Shown here: positions 1-8,524 of the stretch, piece after piece
How the letters are laid out: every line of letters starts with the position of its first letter
Position numbering within the stretch: position 1 is the first letter of the stretch
Source: an uncultured bacterium
GTDB lineage: Bacteria > Zixibacteria > MSB-5A5 > UBA10806
Assembly: GCA_965541585.1 (NCBI GenBank)
Contig: CBEUCH010000002.1
Location: forward strand, 224,001 to 288,000
Direction of reading: 5' to 3'
DNA: 64,000 nucleotides
Program-made: the position numbers and the translations under genes
The notes under the pieces: generated by a model
What the model saw: the letters and a program-made list of their open reading frames with translations, nothing else
Database searches by the model: none
Told to the model about the DNA's origin: nothing

Positions 1-276
1 GGTGAGGATTTCTGGAGCGATTACAACCTATCGGTCAAACCTGAAAGCGATGAAGTAGTTTTCTGCGATGCTTTAGCTTCGCCAATATACAGGGGAATGG
101 GATTATATACTTACATGCTGGCTTATAAGCTCAACAAATATTCCCGGGAGGGTTACCGAGCGTTATCCGCAATTGCGAGATCGAACACTCCGGCTTTGAA
201 GACGACGGCGAAATTTGGTTTTAGCCGTCTCCGGACGTATCGAAGGCTGAAGCTCTTTTCCAGATGGGTAATATGA
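1..276 (+). CDS. 5'-truncated GNAT-family acetyltransferase (C-terminal part)
   Basis: Frame 1 is open from base 1 to TGA 274-276. It reads ...SPIYRGMGLYTYML...NTPALKTTAKFGF, resembling GNAT motif A (RGxG) and NxxAxxxxxKxGF. ATGA overlap with the next gene. Not in the ORF track. Confidence 0.6.
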   Translation, partial: GEDFWSDYNLSVKPESDEVVFCDALASPIYRGMGLYTYMLAYKLNKYSREGYRALSAIARSNTPALKTTAKFGFSRLRTYRRLKLFSRWVI

Positions 277-1397
277 TAAATATAGTTTTCATCATAGACT
301 ATATGTTGGGCGCTAACGGTGGCACCGAGGGTCAGCTGCTAATGCTCCTGAACAGGCTGGATAGGAGCAGGTTTAACGTCCACCTTTTCTGCCTCAAAAA
401 TACCGACTGGCTGGAAAACAGCGAACTGGATTTTCGGGTAAAGGTACTGGATGTCAAGAGACTCTTCAGTGCAAATACTGTAATGAAAATGTTTGAGTTT
501 AGAAAATATTGTAAGGCACACGACATCAATATTATTCAAACGCATTTTAATGACAGTTATATTTTTGGAGTTCTTGCGGCGCGTCTTTCGAATATAAAGA
601 ATATCATCGTTTGTCGGAGGAACCTGGGTCCCGGATTCTGGGGGAATAAAGCCCTCCTCTTCGTTTATAGAATATTAAGGTATATTACGCCGAAATATCT
701 GGCAAACAGTCAGGCGACCAGAGAATCTATAATAAAATATGAGGGCATAAGCCCGGAAAGGATAAGTGTAATATACAACGGCCTCGACATGAAACGCTTC
801 GAAATAATCGACGATGATTATCGACTGCAGGCTCGCCGGGATCTGGGAATCGATGGATCGCAAATTCTGGTGGGTATGGTCTCACATATGAGAAAGGATA
901 AGAATTTTGAGCTTTTTCTGGATGCGGCGGCCAGGGTCCATAAGAGTCATCCCGAAACGCAATTCATGATCCTGGGAGAGGGGCCATATCGACCGAATAT
1001 CGAAAGACGGATCGAAGATCTGGGGCTGCAGGATTCCGTTTCTCTGATCGGCTCTGTGAACGATGTGGTTCCGTATCTTGCGGCGATGGATATTGCCTGC
1101 TTGACCACGGATGGCGAGAGTTTTTCAAATTCGATATTGGAATATCTTGCCGCAGGTCTTCCGGTGGTTGCCACTGAGGTAGGCGGGAATATCGAGGCTT
1201 TAAAAGAAAATGGATTCCTTTTCCCGCGAAACAATTTAGAGAAATTTGTTGATTTATTGACAGCTCTGATACAAGATAAACAGATGAGATGCCGGGTCGG
1301 GATCAGCGGCAGAACAGAGGCGGCCTCTCACTATGGAGTTGGCAAAATGATCTCCGAATATGAAGAGGTTTTCCTAAAAGTGCGTGGCACCTTATGA
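273..1397 (+). CDS. Glycosyltransferase family 4 (GT-B)
   Basis: N-terminal GGTE, IYNGLD, KDKN, ESFSNSILEYLAAGLPVVATEVGG. Start moved from 264 to ATG 273 (ATGA overlap). Confidence 0.92.
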   Translation: MINIVFIIDYMLGANGGTEGQLLMLLNRLDRSRFNVHLFCLKNTDWLENSELDFRVKVLDVKRLFSANTVMKMFEFRKYCKAHDINIIQTHFNDSYIFGVLAARLSNIKNIIVCRRNLGPGFWGNKALLFVYRILRYITPKYLANSQATRESIIKYEGISPERISVIYNGLDMKRFEIIDDDYRLQARRDLGIDGSQILVGMVSHMRKDKNFELFLDAAARVHKSHPETQFMILGEGPYRPNIERRIEDLGLQDSVSLIGSVNDVVPYLAAMDIACLTTDGESFSNSILEYLAAGLPVVATEVGGNIEALKENGFLFPRNNLEKFVDLLTALIQDKQMRCRVGISGRTEAASHYGVGKMISEYEEVFLKVRGTL

Positions 1398-1522
1398 CAG
1401 CGAATCGGGATGAGTGGTGCAGATACCAGTGTCTAATAAAGAAACGGCCTGTTCAGGTAACGGGCAGCAGACAATCTGTTGCAGAAAAGAGAGAGAAACG
1501 TCTACATGACGAACCAATTGGC

Positions 1523-1576
1523 AATCAGCAGGTTAAATGAGCGGGTATTTGGCTGATAGGTGGCACTATTCTTGCA
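1523..1576 (+). promoter_or_regulatory. Sigma54 (-24/-12) promoter with upstream IHF-like site
   Basis: TGGCAC-TATTC-TTGCA at 1561-1576 matches TGGCAC-N5-TTGCW exactly. AATCAG-CAGG-TTA at 1523-1535 fits WATCARN4TTR. Confidence 0.7.
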
Positions 1577-1767
1577 TTGAGCTCTGGTTGTGGTTAACAA
1601 TAATGGCAACGGGTGGGGATGGTCGGATCTTCTCAGGTTCTAATAATCAGACCCTCTCTGCCGATTATGAGTCATGAAGGCAATAAAATTTGGAGTCTCT
1701 TAATGGGGGGTTCTGAACTCGAGGATATCGATCGATGTCTTTGGGCTGTAGAGACTAAGGAGGAAAA

Positions 1768-4700
1768 GTGATTTATAATAAGGCACCGGGAAGGCGATAC
1801 AGGCAAATCGCTCGAACAATGTCAATATTATTTATGACCCTTGTTGTGTTCTCATCTATATCGTATGGCGCTCAGCACGTGATAACGTCATTGCCGTTTA
1901 CGATTACGACCGGCCACAACAATGATACACTCTATATGAGTGGAAATCTAAGTGCAGCTGGAAACGCTATAACGATCGATGCAGGTGTAACAGGATTCTA
2001 TTTAAGGGGCAAAGGCGATACCATCACGTTCAATACCGATGAGGGCAACGGTGCATACGGGATAGAGTTTAACTCAAATACCTACTTCAAGATCGACTCG
2101 TTGACCATTATACAATATTCGGCACAAGGAACTAACTGTGTGGGCATGAGAATTGTCGGGGGAACCCATGATGCCCAAATTTATGATTGTAATGTTCACG
2201 TAAAAGGAAAAGATTGTAATAATATTTATCATACGTCAAGCACCAGAAGTTACAACTTTGAGATTTTCAGCGGTAACTGGACGAGCTTTTCTGATTCTTT
2301 TACTAATCGATGTCAAAATAGTGGTGCTGCTATTATAGGGGGCTATGCTTCTATTACGGGACAGGGAGATTATGGTTACTGGATTCACAAGGTTACAATT
2401 GATAGTTGTCCTGCAGTGGGTATCTATGCTGACGAGAAAAGTTTAATAGATTCAAATACCGTATATGTCAACGCTCATACCGATGTTTATGATTATCCAT
2501 CAGGACAAACTTGTTGGAGTGCCGATAATTCTTGGGGGATAGTATTGGCAAGCGCAATGCCTGGTGCGCGGGTAATGGGCAATTATGTCCGTGTCAGGAG
2601 TAATCATGAGGGTGGTCGGGGAATTACACTGGGGGATCCTCAAGGTAGTGAGTCGGAGCCAATCGATGTATCTTATAATGATGTATTGGTTACGCAAGGG
2701 CGATCAGACTATGAGGGAGCCACCCCTTTTACCCATGGAATTGAGATAGAACCCGATGACGCAAATGCTGGTATTAACTGGTTGAATATTCATCACAATA
2801 GGATTGAAACATATGTGGATACGCTTGCATCCACGACCCACGTACCCGCCATTGGATATGCTCTTTCGATTGTTTTGGATATTATCAATGGGAATAATCA
2901 CGATATTAATATTTACAACAACACAGTCATCGCCAATGGCGATACCAGGGGCAACAACTTTGCTTCTGGTGTAGGGCGCGCAGCAGCCTTTAATCTTATT
3001 TCAGATGATACTGTCAATTCTATATTATCATATAATAATCGCTACGTGTCTAATAGTGTTTGCTGGTCTTTTGGAAGGGCAGCGGCACAAAGCAATTATA
3101 CGATAAGTATTGGAGATACGCTCGAATGGAACAATCCCCACTATGGTGATTATCTCGGCACCAACGAGAGTGGCCCGATAGTATTCACAGAAGGCCAGAA
3201 CTCTCTCGATCATTATTTCATAGATGCGGTTTATACGGGTGACAATAATCATCCTGATAGCACAGCGGATACTTATGCGGGCGGAACTAAAATAGTCTTT
3301 CACCAGAAAACTCTGAGAGTATACGTCTATGGCAATAACGATTTCCCGGTTCCTGGCGCCTCCGTCTGGGCTGTGAATAATTACGGAGATTCGGTGCTGG
3401 TGGGAACCTCTAATTCGCAGGGATTCGTGGCCGGCATCGTAACCTACGACTATGATAGGTGGGATGGCGCCGCGTACTACGATTCGTTATATAACGATTT
3501 TACATTGAAGGCGAAAAAGGATAATGACAGCACGATTGTCTCTTATACGGTTGCATCTACCTCGGCGCCACCGATTCTGATTCTATCGAACACCTCAGGG
3601 GAAGATCCTCCCGAGGATGTCATGGCACCAGGCAGGGTGGATGATTTAGATGGTGTGCCGGGGGGTACGCATGGCGAAGTCGATTTAGCTTGGACGGCAC
3701 CGGGCGACGATGGAAATATCGGGACGGCCGCCTATTATGTCATAAGATATTCAACCGCACGGATCACCGAGATCAACTGGGCCTCTGCTCCGGTCGTGCC
3801 GAATCCGCCGGTCCCATTGGAATCAGGAACCTTTCAGACTTTCACGGTTAACGGATTAGGTGAAGGCGAGAGATATTATTTTGGAATTAAAGCTTACGAT
3901 GATGCCGGCAACGTTGCTCCCCTGTCTAATATCCCCAGTTCCTTAGCATGCGGTATCGCGGTACCGCCGCCCCTTGAAACCCTGATCGATCCTGATAACG
4001 CCTCGGTCGAGGCTATCTCTTTAGCCGTCGATTCATATCTGCCGGTGTATTATGAGTTCGCCCTGGATACGGTTGAGAATTTCGCGAATCCCAGGATAGA
4101 AGTGGACCTGTTGGCAGATTCGACGGCTTCGGCCGCGTTTGGCGGTTTGTCTGAAGAATTCAGCTATTTCTGGCGTTCCCGTGCCGTGGCCTCAGATCAA
4201 TCGGATTCCAGCAACTGGTCTCAGATGATAGCTTTCAATATCCTTACGGGCGTTACCCAGACGCTTGCCAGCTCGAACTGCATATATCCGCGGGAGGGCC
4301 AGGCCATCCAGACAAACAGGCCGGTTTTTATAGTCGAATACGTAGCCGATATTGCGGGAGTCTATTTTCAGGTGGACGATAATGCCAGCTTTGACTCCCC
4401 CCTGGAATCGGGGCCGATCCAGACAATACCGAATATTGATACCGAATGGCAGATCACTGAGTCCCTCTCAAATGGTATGACCTATTACTGGCGTATAAGT
4501 TCGGATAACACGGTCTGGACTGCGCCCATTATCTTCAGCGCCTCTCTGGATATCCATCCCTATCCCAACCCTTTCAGGGTTTCCGAAGGCCACACGAATA
4601 TCACATTTACCAACCTGCCGCCTGAATCCAGGCTCACGGTTGCAACGGTTTCCGGCAATATAGTAAGGAGGATCGAGGGCATCGGGCCCGATAACTGGGT

Positions 4701-4809
4701 CTGGGATGTAAGGAACGATGATGGAAAAGTGCTGGCCTCCGGTGTATACCTTTATGTTATCGAATTCAAAAACGGGTATTCCAGAGATAAGTTCATGGTG
4801 ATAAGATAG
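1768..4809 (+). CDS. Large secreted protein: right-handed beta-helix N-domain, FnIII-like domains, C-terminal FlgD-Ig/T9SS-CTD-like domain
   Basis: AGGAGG before GTG; signal peptide; Asn-rich repeats (IHHNRI, IYNNTV); FnIII-like LAWTAPGDDG...YYFGIKAYDDAGN; tail PYPNPF...WDVRNDDG..LASGVYLY...KFMVIR. Confidence 0.75.
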   Translation: MIYNKAPGRRYRQIARTMSILFMTLVVFSSISYGAQHVITSLPFTITTGHNNDTLYMSGNLSAAGNAITIDAGVTGFYLRGKGDTITFNTDEGNGAYGIEFNSNTYFKIDSLTIIQYSAQGTNCVGMRIVGGTHDAQIYDCNVHVKGKDCNNIYHTSSTRSYNFEIFSGNWTSFSDSFTNRCQNSGAAIIGGYASITGQGDYGYWIHKVTIDSCPAVGIYADEKSLIDSNTVYVNAHTDVYDYPSGQTCWSADNSWGIVLASAMPGARVMGNYVRVRSNHEGGRGITLGDPQGSESEPIDVSYNDVLVTQGRSDYEGATPFTHGIEIEPDDANAGINWLNIHHNRIETYVDTLASTTHVPAIGYALSIVLDIINGNNHDINIYNNTVIANGDTRGNNFASGVGRAAAFNLISDDTVNSILSYNNRYVSNSVCWSFGRAAAQSNYTISIGDTLEWNNPHYGDYLGTNESGPIVFTEGQNSLDHYFIDAVYTGDNNHPDSTADTYAGGTKIVFHQKTLRVYVYGNNDFPVPGASVWAVNNYGDSVLVGTSNSQGFVAGIVTYDYDRWDGAAYYDSLYNDFTLKAKKDNDSTIVSYTVASTSAPPILILSNTSGEDPPEDVMAPGRVDDLDGVPGGTHGEVDLAWTAPGDDGNIGTAAYYVIRYSTARITEINWASAPVVPNPPVPLESGTFQTFTVNGLGEGERYYFGIKAYDDAGNVAPLSNIPSSLACGIAVPPPLETLIDPDNASVEAISLAVDSYLPVYYEFALDTVENFANPRIEVDLLADSTASAAFGGLSEEFSYFWRSRAVASDQSDSSNWSQMIAFNILTGVTQTLASSNCIYPREGQAIQTNRPVFIVEYVADIAGVYFQVDDNASFDSPLESGPIQTIPNIDTEWQITESLSNGMTYYWRISSDNTVWTAPIIFSASLDIHPYPNPFRVSEGHTNITFTNLPPESRLTVATVSGNIVRRIEGIGPDNWVWDVRNDDGKVLASGVYLYVIEFKNGYSRDKFMVIR

Positions 4810-4840
4810 AAGCGAGTATGAAATTTATCTTATGCTGTGG

Positions 4841-4870
4841 GAAGGCCGTGGAGATTACGGCCTTCTCTTT
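4841..4870 (+). terminator. Intrinsic terminator between convergent genes
   Basis: GAAGGCCGT-ggagatt-ACGGCCTTC followed by TCTTT. Confidence 0.65.
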
Positions 4871-4919
4871 ATAGAACGAATCCTCTTATGATCCAGGGAT
4901 CAGAGGTTAGTATCGTTTA

Positions 4920-6041
4920 TCAAGGTTGCAGGCCAGGCGAATAAGAGCGGAAAATTTCATAGATCCTTTTTCCCACCACGGGCCATGTATGATTGGATCT
5001 TAACTTTTCGAATCCCGATTTTCCCAATTCAGTAGCCAGGCCGGGATTCTCCAGTATCCTGATCAGGTATTCCGCCAGAGTCCCCGTATCCCCCGGCTCT
5101 ATGATGAAACCCGTTTTGCCATCATCTATCAGTTCGGGCATGGCGTCGACGGTGGTTCCGATACATGGCAGTTTGCATGACATAGCTTCCAGAAAAACCT
5201 GGCCCACAGGTTCATTTCTTGAAGGCATGGCGAATAGCGAATGTTGATAGTAGAATTCTTTCACTCTGTTTTTGTCGGTAATTCTGCCCAGATAATTCAA
5301 ACCTTCGCCCTGAATGTTCAGGTTTGTCGGCCCGATAATCGTTAACTGTGCATCCGGAACGGCCGTCCTTGCTTCGCTGAAAGCGGAAAGGAGCGTATCC
5401 AGTCCCTTCCCCTTAAACCCTTTACCGATAAAGAGTATTTTCTTCGCTGTGTAATCGGGGAATCTATCGGGTTCCAATTTATCGTAGGGAGCGCCGACGC
5501 CGGCGCCCACGGTCACCACCTTTTCAGGCCGGACGCCGTAATCATTGATGATAGATTGTCTGGCATTCTCGGTAGAGGTCAATACTTTTACGGCCTTATT
5601 GTAAAGATCTATTTCCTTTCTGATCCAGAACTCTTCTTCCTTACCCGGCTTTCTCTTCCATTCGCTGTTTCTTTTCTTGGAGAGCAAAGAAGTATAATCG
5701 ACCTGGAGAAAAAACGGCAGGTTTATGCCCTCCTCTGTCGGATCCCACAGGCTCCCGATCTGGTATATAATATCAACACCGCTCTGATATTGCCTGATTT
5801 TCTTTCGGGCGAATGCCGATTTCCTTTTGAAAGCTGATATCGAAGTATGATATTGAAGATCTCTTTTAAGCGCCCATCTCTTTTTTCCGGGATAGAAGCT
5901 CTTAGCGGTACAGTATATCTTAAAAATCGGAAGTTCGACCTCGATATGTTTTATAGTTTGATCGTAAGCCGCCAGAGCGTCAAAGAATGATGTTTCAAAG
6001 CCGGAAAAAATTCTGCTTGGAGAGAGCCCGAGTATCTTCAT
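4920..6041 (-). CDS. Glycosyltransferase family 4
   Basis: KGKGLDTLL; MPSRNEPVGQVFLEAMSCKLPCIGT; ELIDDGKTGF. Confidence 0.9.
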   Translation of the reverse strand: MKILGLSPSRIFSGFETSFFDALAAYDQTIKHIEVELPIFKIYCTAKSFYPGKKRWALKRDLQYHTSISAFKRKSAFARKKIRQYQSGVDIIYQIGSLWDPTEEGINLPFFLQVDYTSLLSKKRNSEWKRKPGKEEEFWIRKEIDLYNKAVKVLTSTENARQSIINDYGVRPEKVVTVGAGVGAPYDKLEPDRFPDYTAKKILFIGKGFKGKGLDTLLSAFSEARTAVPDAQLTIIGPTNLNIQGEGLNYLGRITDKNRVKEFYYQHSLFAMPSRNEPVGQVFLEAMSCKLPCIGTTVDAMPELIDDGKTGFIIEPGDTGTLAEYLIRILENPGLATELGKSGFEKLRSNHTWPVVGKRIYEIFRSYSPGLQP

Positions 6042-6593
6042 AACTGATGCAGGGATGGGGTAATGTTTTGGAAAGCCATCGTTTTATATCGTTAAAAGCC
6101 TGTTAAATCATCCTGAGATCTACTACGAATTACGGTTCAAGATTCAGATATTTTTATCAGATTCCCTGGCCTCTTGACAACCTATGTTCAAAGAGCGTTT
6201 TGGACGCTCTAATAATATAGTAGCAGACGCCTTTCCGTTTCGCAAGGCATTTTAATCAGGCGCATCTGATATCCATGCAGGCGGTGCCATCCGGTGTTGT
6301 TCGGGAATAAGCTGAAGGTGAATTGAGCGGTGTTAAAATATCTACAATGGAGGCTGTTTTGAGTGCTGGTTTGTGCGGTCGGACCGGCGCCGGTCAGGTT
6401 GTGCAGCCTGGGAATATCCTTTGAGGGGGGTACGCTTTTGAACCAGAAAGGCACTTCCCATACGGGCTTTGCCTCCTTTCAGGGGATTTGCGAATTGGCG
6501 TGATGATAAATGCGGCCGCCCCCGCAAGCGCAAAATTTACCCATAGTTGCGATTATACAGAAACTTCTGGACAATCGTACTCGTATCCGATCT

Positions 6594-7085
6594 ATGACCA
6601 ACGAAGAAACATTGCGCGAACATCTGGCGAAGTTCTTAAACTGGGATTGTGCGCATCAGAGTTTTGATATGATCGCCGATTTCCCGGAGAGGGTCAGAGG
6701 AACCAGGCCGGAAGGTATGCCGTATACTGCGTGGCAGCTATTAGAGCATATGCGCATATGCCAATGGGATATCCTGGAGTTTTGCCGGAACCCTGATCAT
6801 GTCTCGCCGAAGTTTCCCGATGGCTACTGGCCCGAAAGCGGCACCCCTTCTGATCGAGAAGCCTGGGATAATAGCGTGAATAGCTTTCGCTCGGATCTGA
6901 AGGCTATGCAGAACCTCATAGCCGATCCATCCACGGATCTGTTTCGTTCGATATCGCATGGGGACGGACAGACCATTCTGCGAGAGGCGCTACTCCTTGC
7001 GGACCACAATTCTTATCATCTGGGGCAGTTGATGGCCGTGCGGCGGCTCCTCGGCGCCTGGCCTGACAATACGGCCGGGAAGTAG
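6594..7085 (+). CDS. DinB/YfiT-family protein
   Basis: WQLLEHMRI and ADHNSYHLGQ His motifs. Start likely ATG 6594 rather than 6510. Confidence 0.85.
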   Translation: MTNEETLREHLAKFLNWDCAHQSFDMIADFPERVRGTRPEGMPYTAWQLLEHMRICQWDILEFCRNPDHVSPKFPDGYWPESGTPSDREAWDNSVNSFRSDLKAMQNLIADPSTDLFRSISHGDGQTILREALLLADHNSYHLGQLMAVRRLLGAWPDNTAGK

Positions 7086-7146
7086 TAAGATTATCGTCCG
7101 GCCAGACAGGTCAGGGAACTATTGAAGATATTCCGTTGGTAGGTCT

Positions 7147-7719
7147 TTAAAGCATCCCCGGCTTCCTGTTCCGGGCTGCCCATTCGATTACCTGCTTGAT
7201 CCTTTTTTCTCGCGTCTCATCTTTTTTTGCGGCTGCTATCCATTCAATATACATTCTTCTATAACCGGCTGCGAAATTCTCGAAATTTCCCAGAGCTTTT
7301 TTATTTTTGGCTAATGCTCTTTTGAAAGCCAGAGGGATAACCAGCTTCTTTGATCGCTTGTCCCTCAACTCTTTTTCATTATTCTTCATTTCATTGAACC
7401 GGGCCGATCCTGCCCCGGTCATCTTTCCCGCCCGGATCATCTTCTTAGCCCTTCTTATATTCAGTTCGGACCATCTGCTTTTCTTCCTGCGGGGAGTAAA
7501 TTTCTGAGCATACCTCTCATCATCTATCCTCTGCACGGTACTATCTATCCACCCGAAACACAGAGCCTCCTCGACCGCATCATCGTATGGAATTCTACGC
7601 TTACCCGTGTGTTTCTTATAATAGATCAACCAGATCTCCTTTTTGGCTTCCTGGTTCTTTTTCAGCCATGCGCGCCAATCATCTCGATTTGTTATGTAGA
7701 GCGTTTCGGTTATTCTCAT
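7147..7719 (-). CDS. YdeI/OmpD-associated family protein
   Basis: WRAWL, YDDAVEEALCFGWIDS, FTPRR.KS.WS, WIAAAKKDETREKRI. Confidence 0.9.
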   Translation of the reverse strand: MRITETLYITNRDDWRAWLKKNQEAKKEIWLIYYKKHTGKRRIPYDDAVEEALCFGWIDSTVQRIDDERYAQKFTPRRKKSRWSELNIRRAKKMIRAGKMTGAGSARFNEMKNNEKELRDKRSKKLVIPLAFKRALAKNKKALGNFENFAAGYRRMYIEWIAAAKKDETREKRIKQVIEWAARNRKPGML

Positions 7720-8009
7720 GCTACAGTCCCCGGTTGCATCTCGAAGGAAATCGTTGATTAACCTCCATGGAAATTAAGATACCGATCCTGGCTTTTCACG
7801 TCAACCCCCCTTCCATTCAATATTGTCGGCGATTGCCATATAGAAAACGCTTGTGAAATTGAAGAACATATTCTTATATTTGAGCAAGCATGAACAGGAG
7901 ATCAGGTAACCGGCTCGCGGATCGTATGCCAATATCCTCCGAGACATTGATCAGGGAAATAGCAATCGATGGTAAGATTTTACATTATTTAAGAAGGTGG
8001 AGGTGTAAG

Positions 8010-8468
8010 ATGAAATCGATCAGAATTATGGCAATCCTGTCAATGATAATTCCGGTCGTCATTATAACAGGCTGCGGAGAGGACAATGACCCCACCGGCC
8101 CGGATACCAGCATTCCAGCCGGGCTTATCGCCACCTGGACATACCAGTCAGCGACTATTGGCGGACAGGAGATTAATCTCGGGATAGCGCTTCAATGGCA
8201 GGAGGGTACTGTCTCCGCCAGATTTATGGTCAGTGACGATGGGACTTTTGTTAACGAGGAACTCGATATTGCAGATACGGTTCAATGGACTGAAAGAGGC
8301 ACGTTTACAGTAAGCGATAATAACGCTACTATAACAATAACCAGCGACAGCGACGGGCCTGTCGATCCGCCCGATATCATGAGCGGGACCTGGGCGTTGA
8401 ATGGGAACCTACTGACTCTAACGACTTCCATGGAAGGACTTGCAGTAGTGATTGTCGCAGTAAAATAG
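8010..8468 (+). CDS. Lipoprotein, lipocalin-like beta-barrel
   Basis: GGAGGTG before ATG 8010; lipobox IITGC; LIATW...GTF...GTW pattern. Confidence 0.7.
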   Translation: MKSIRIMAILSMIIPVVIITGCGEDNDPTGPDTSIPAGLIATWTYQSATIGGQEINLGIALQWQEGTVSARFMVSDDGTFVNEELDIADTVQWTERGTFTVSDNNATITITSDSDGPVDPPDIMSGTWALNGNLLTLTTSMEGLAVVIVAVK

Positions 8469-8524
8469 CTTCCGGGCGCTCGTTTAATAGAGGATACAGA
8501 CAACCGCAATTATCATAAATCGAG

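Noticed and set aside
6209..6533. Short ORFs or possible structured RNA in the GT4-DinB gap
   Set aside because: No RBS, motif or convincing fold.
7851..7868. Rex half-site TTGTGAA upstream of the lipoprotein
   Set aside because: The second half-site (GAAGAACA) does not match TTCACAA; probably promoter sequence.
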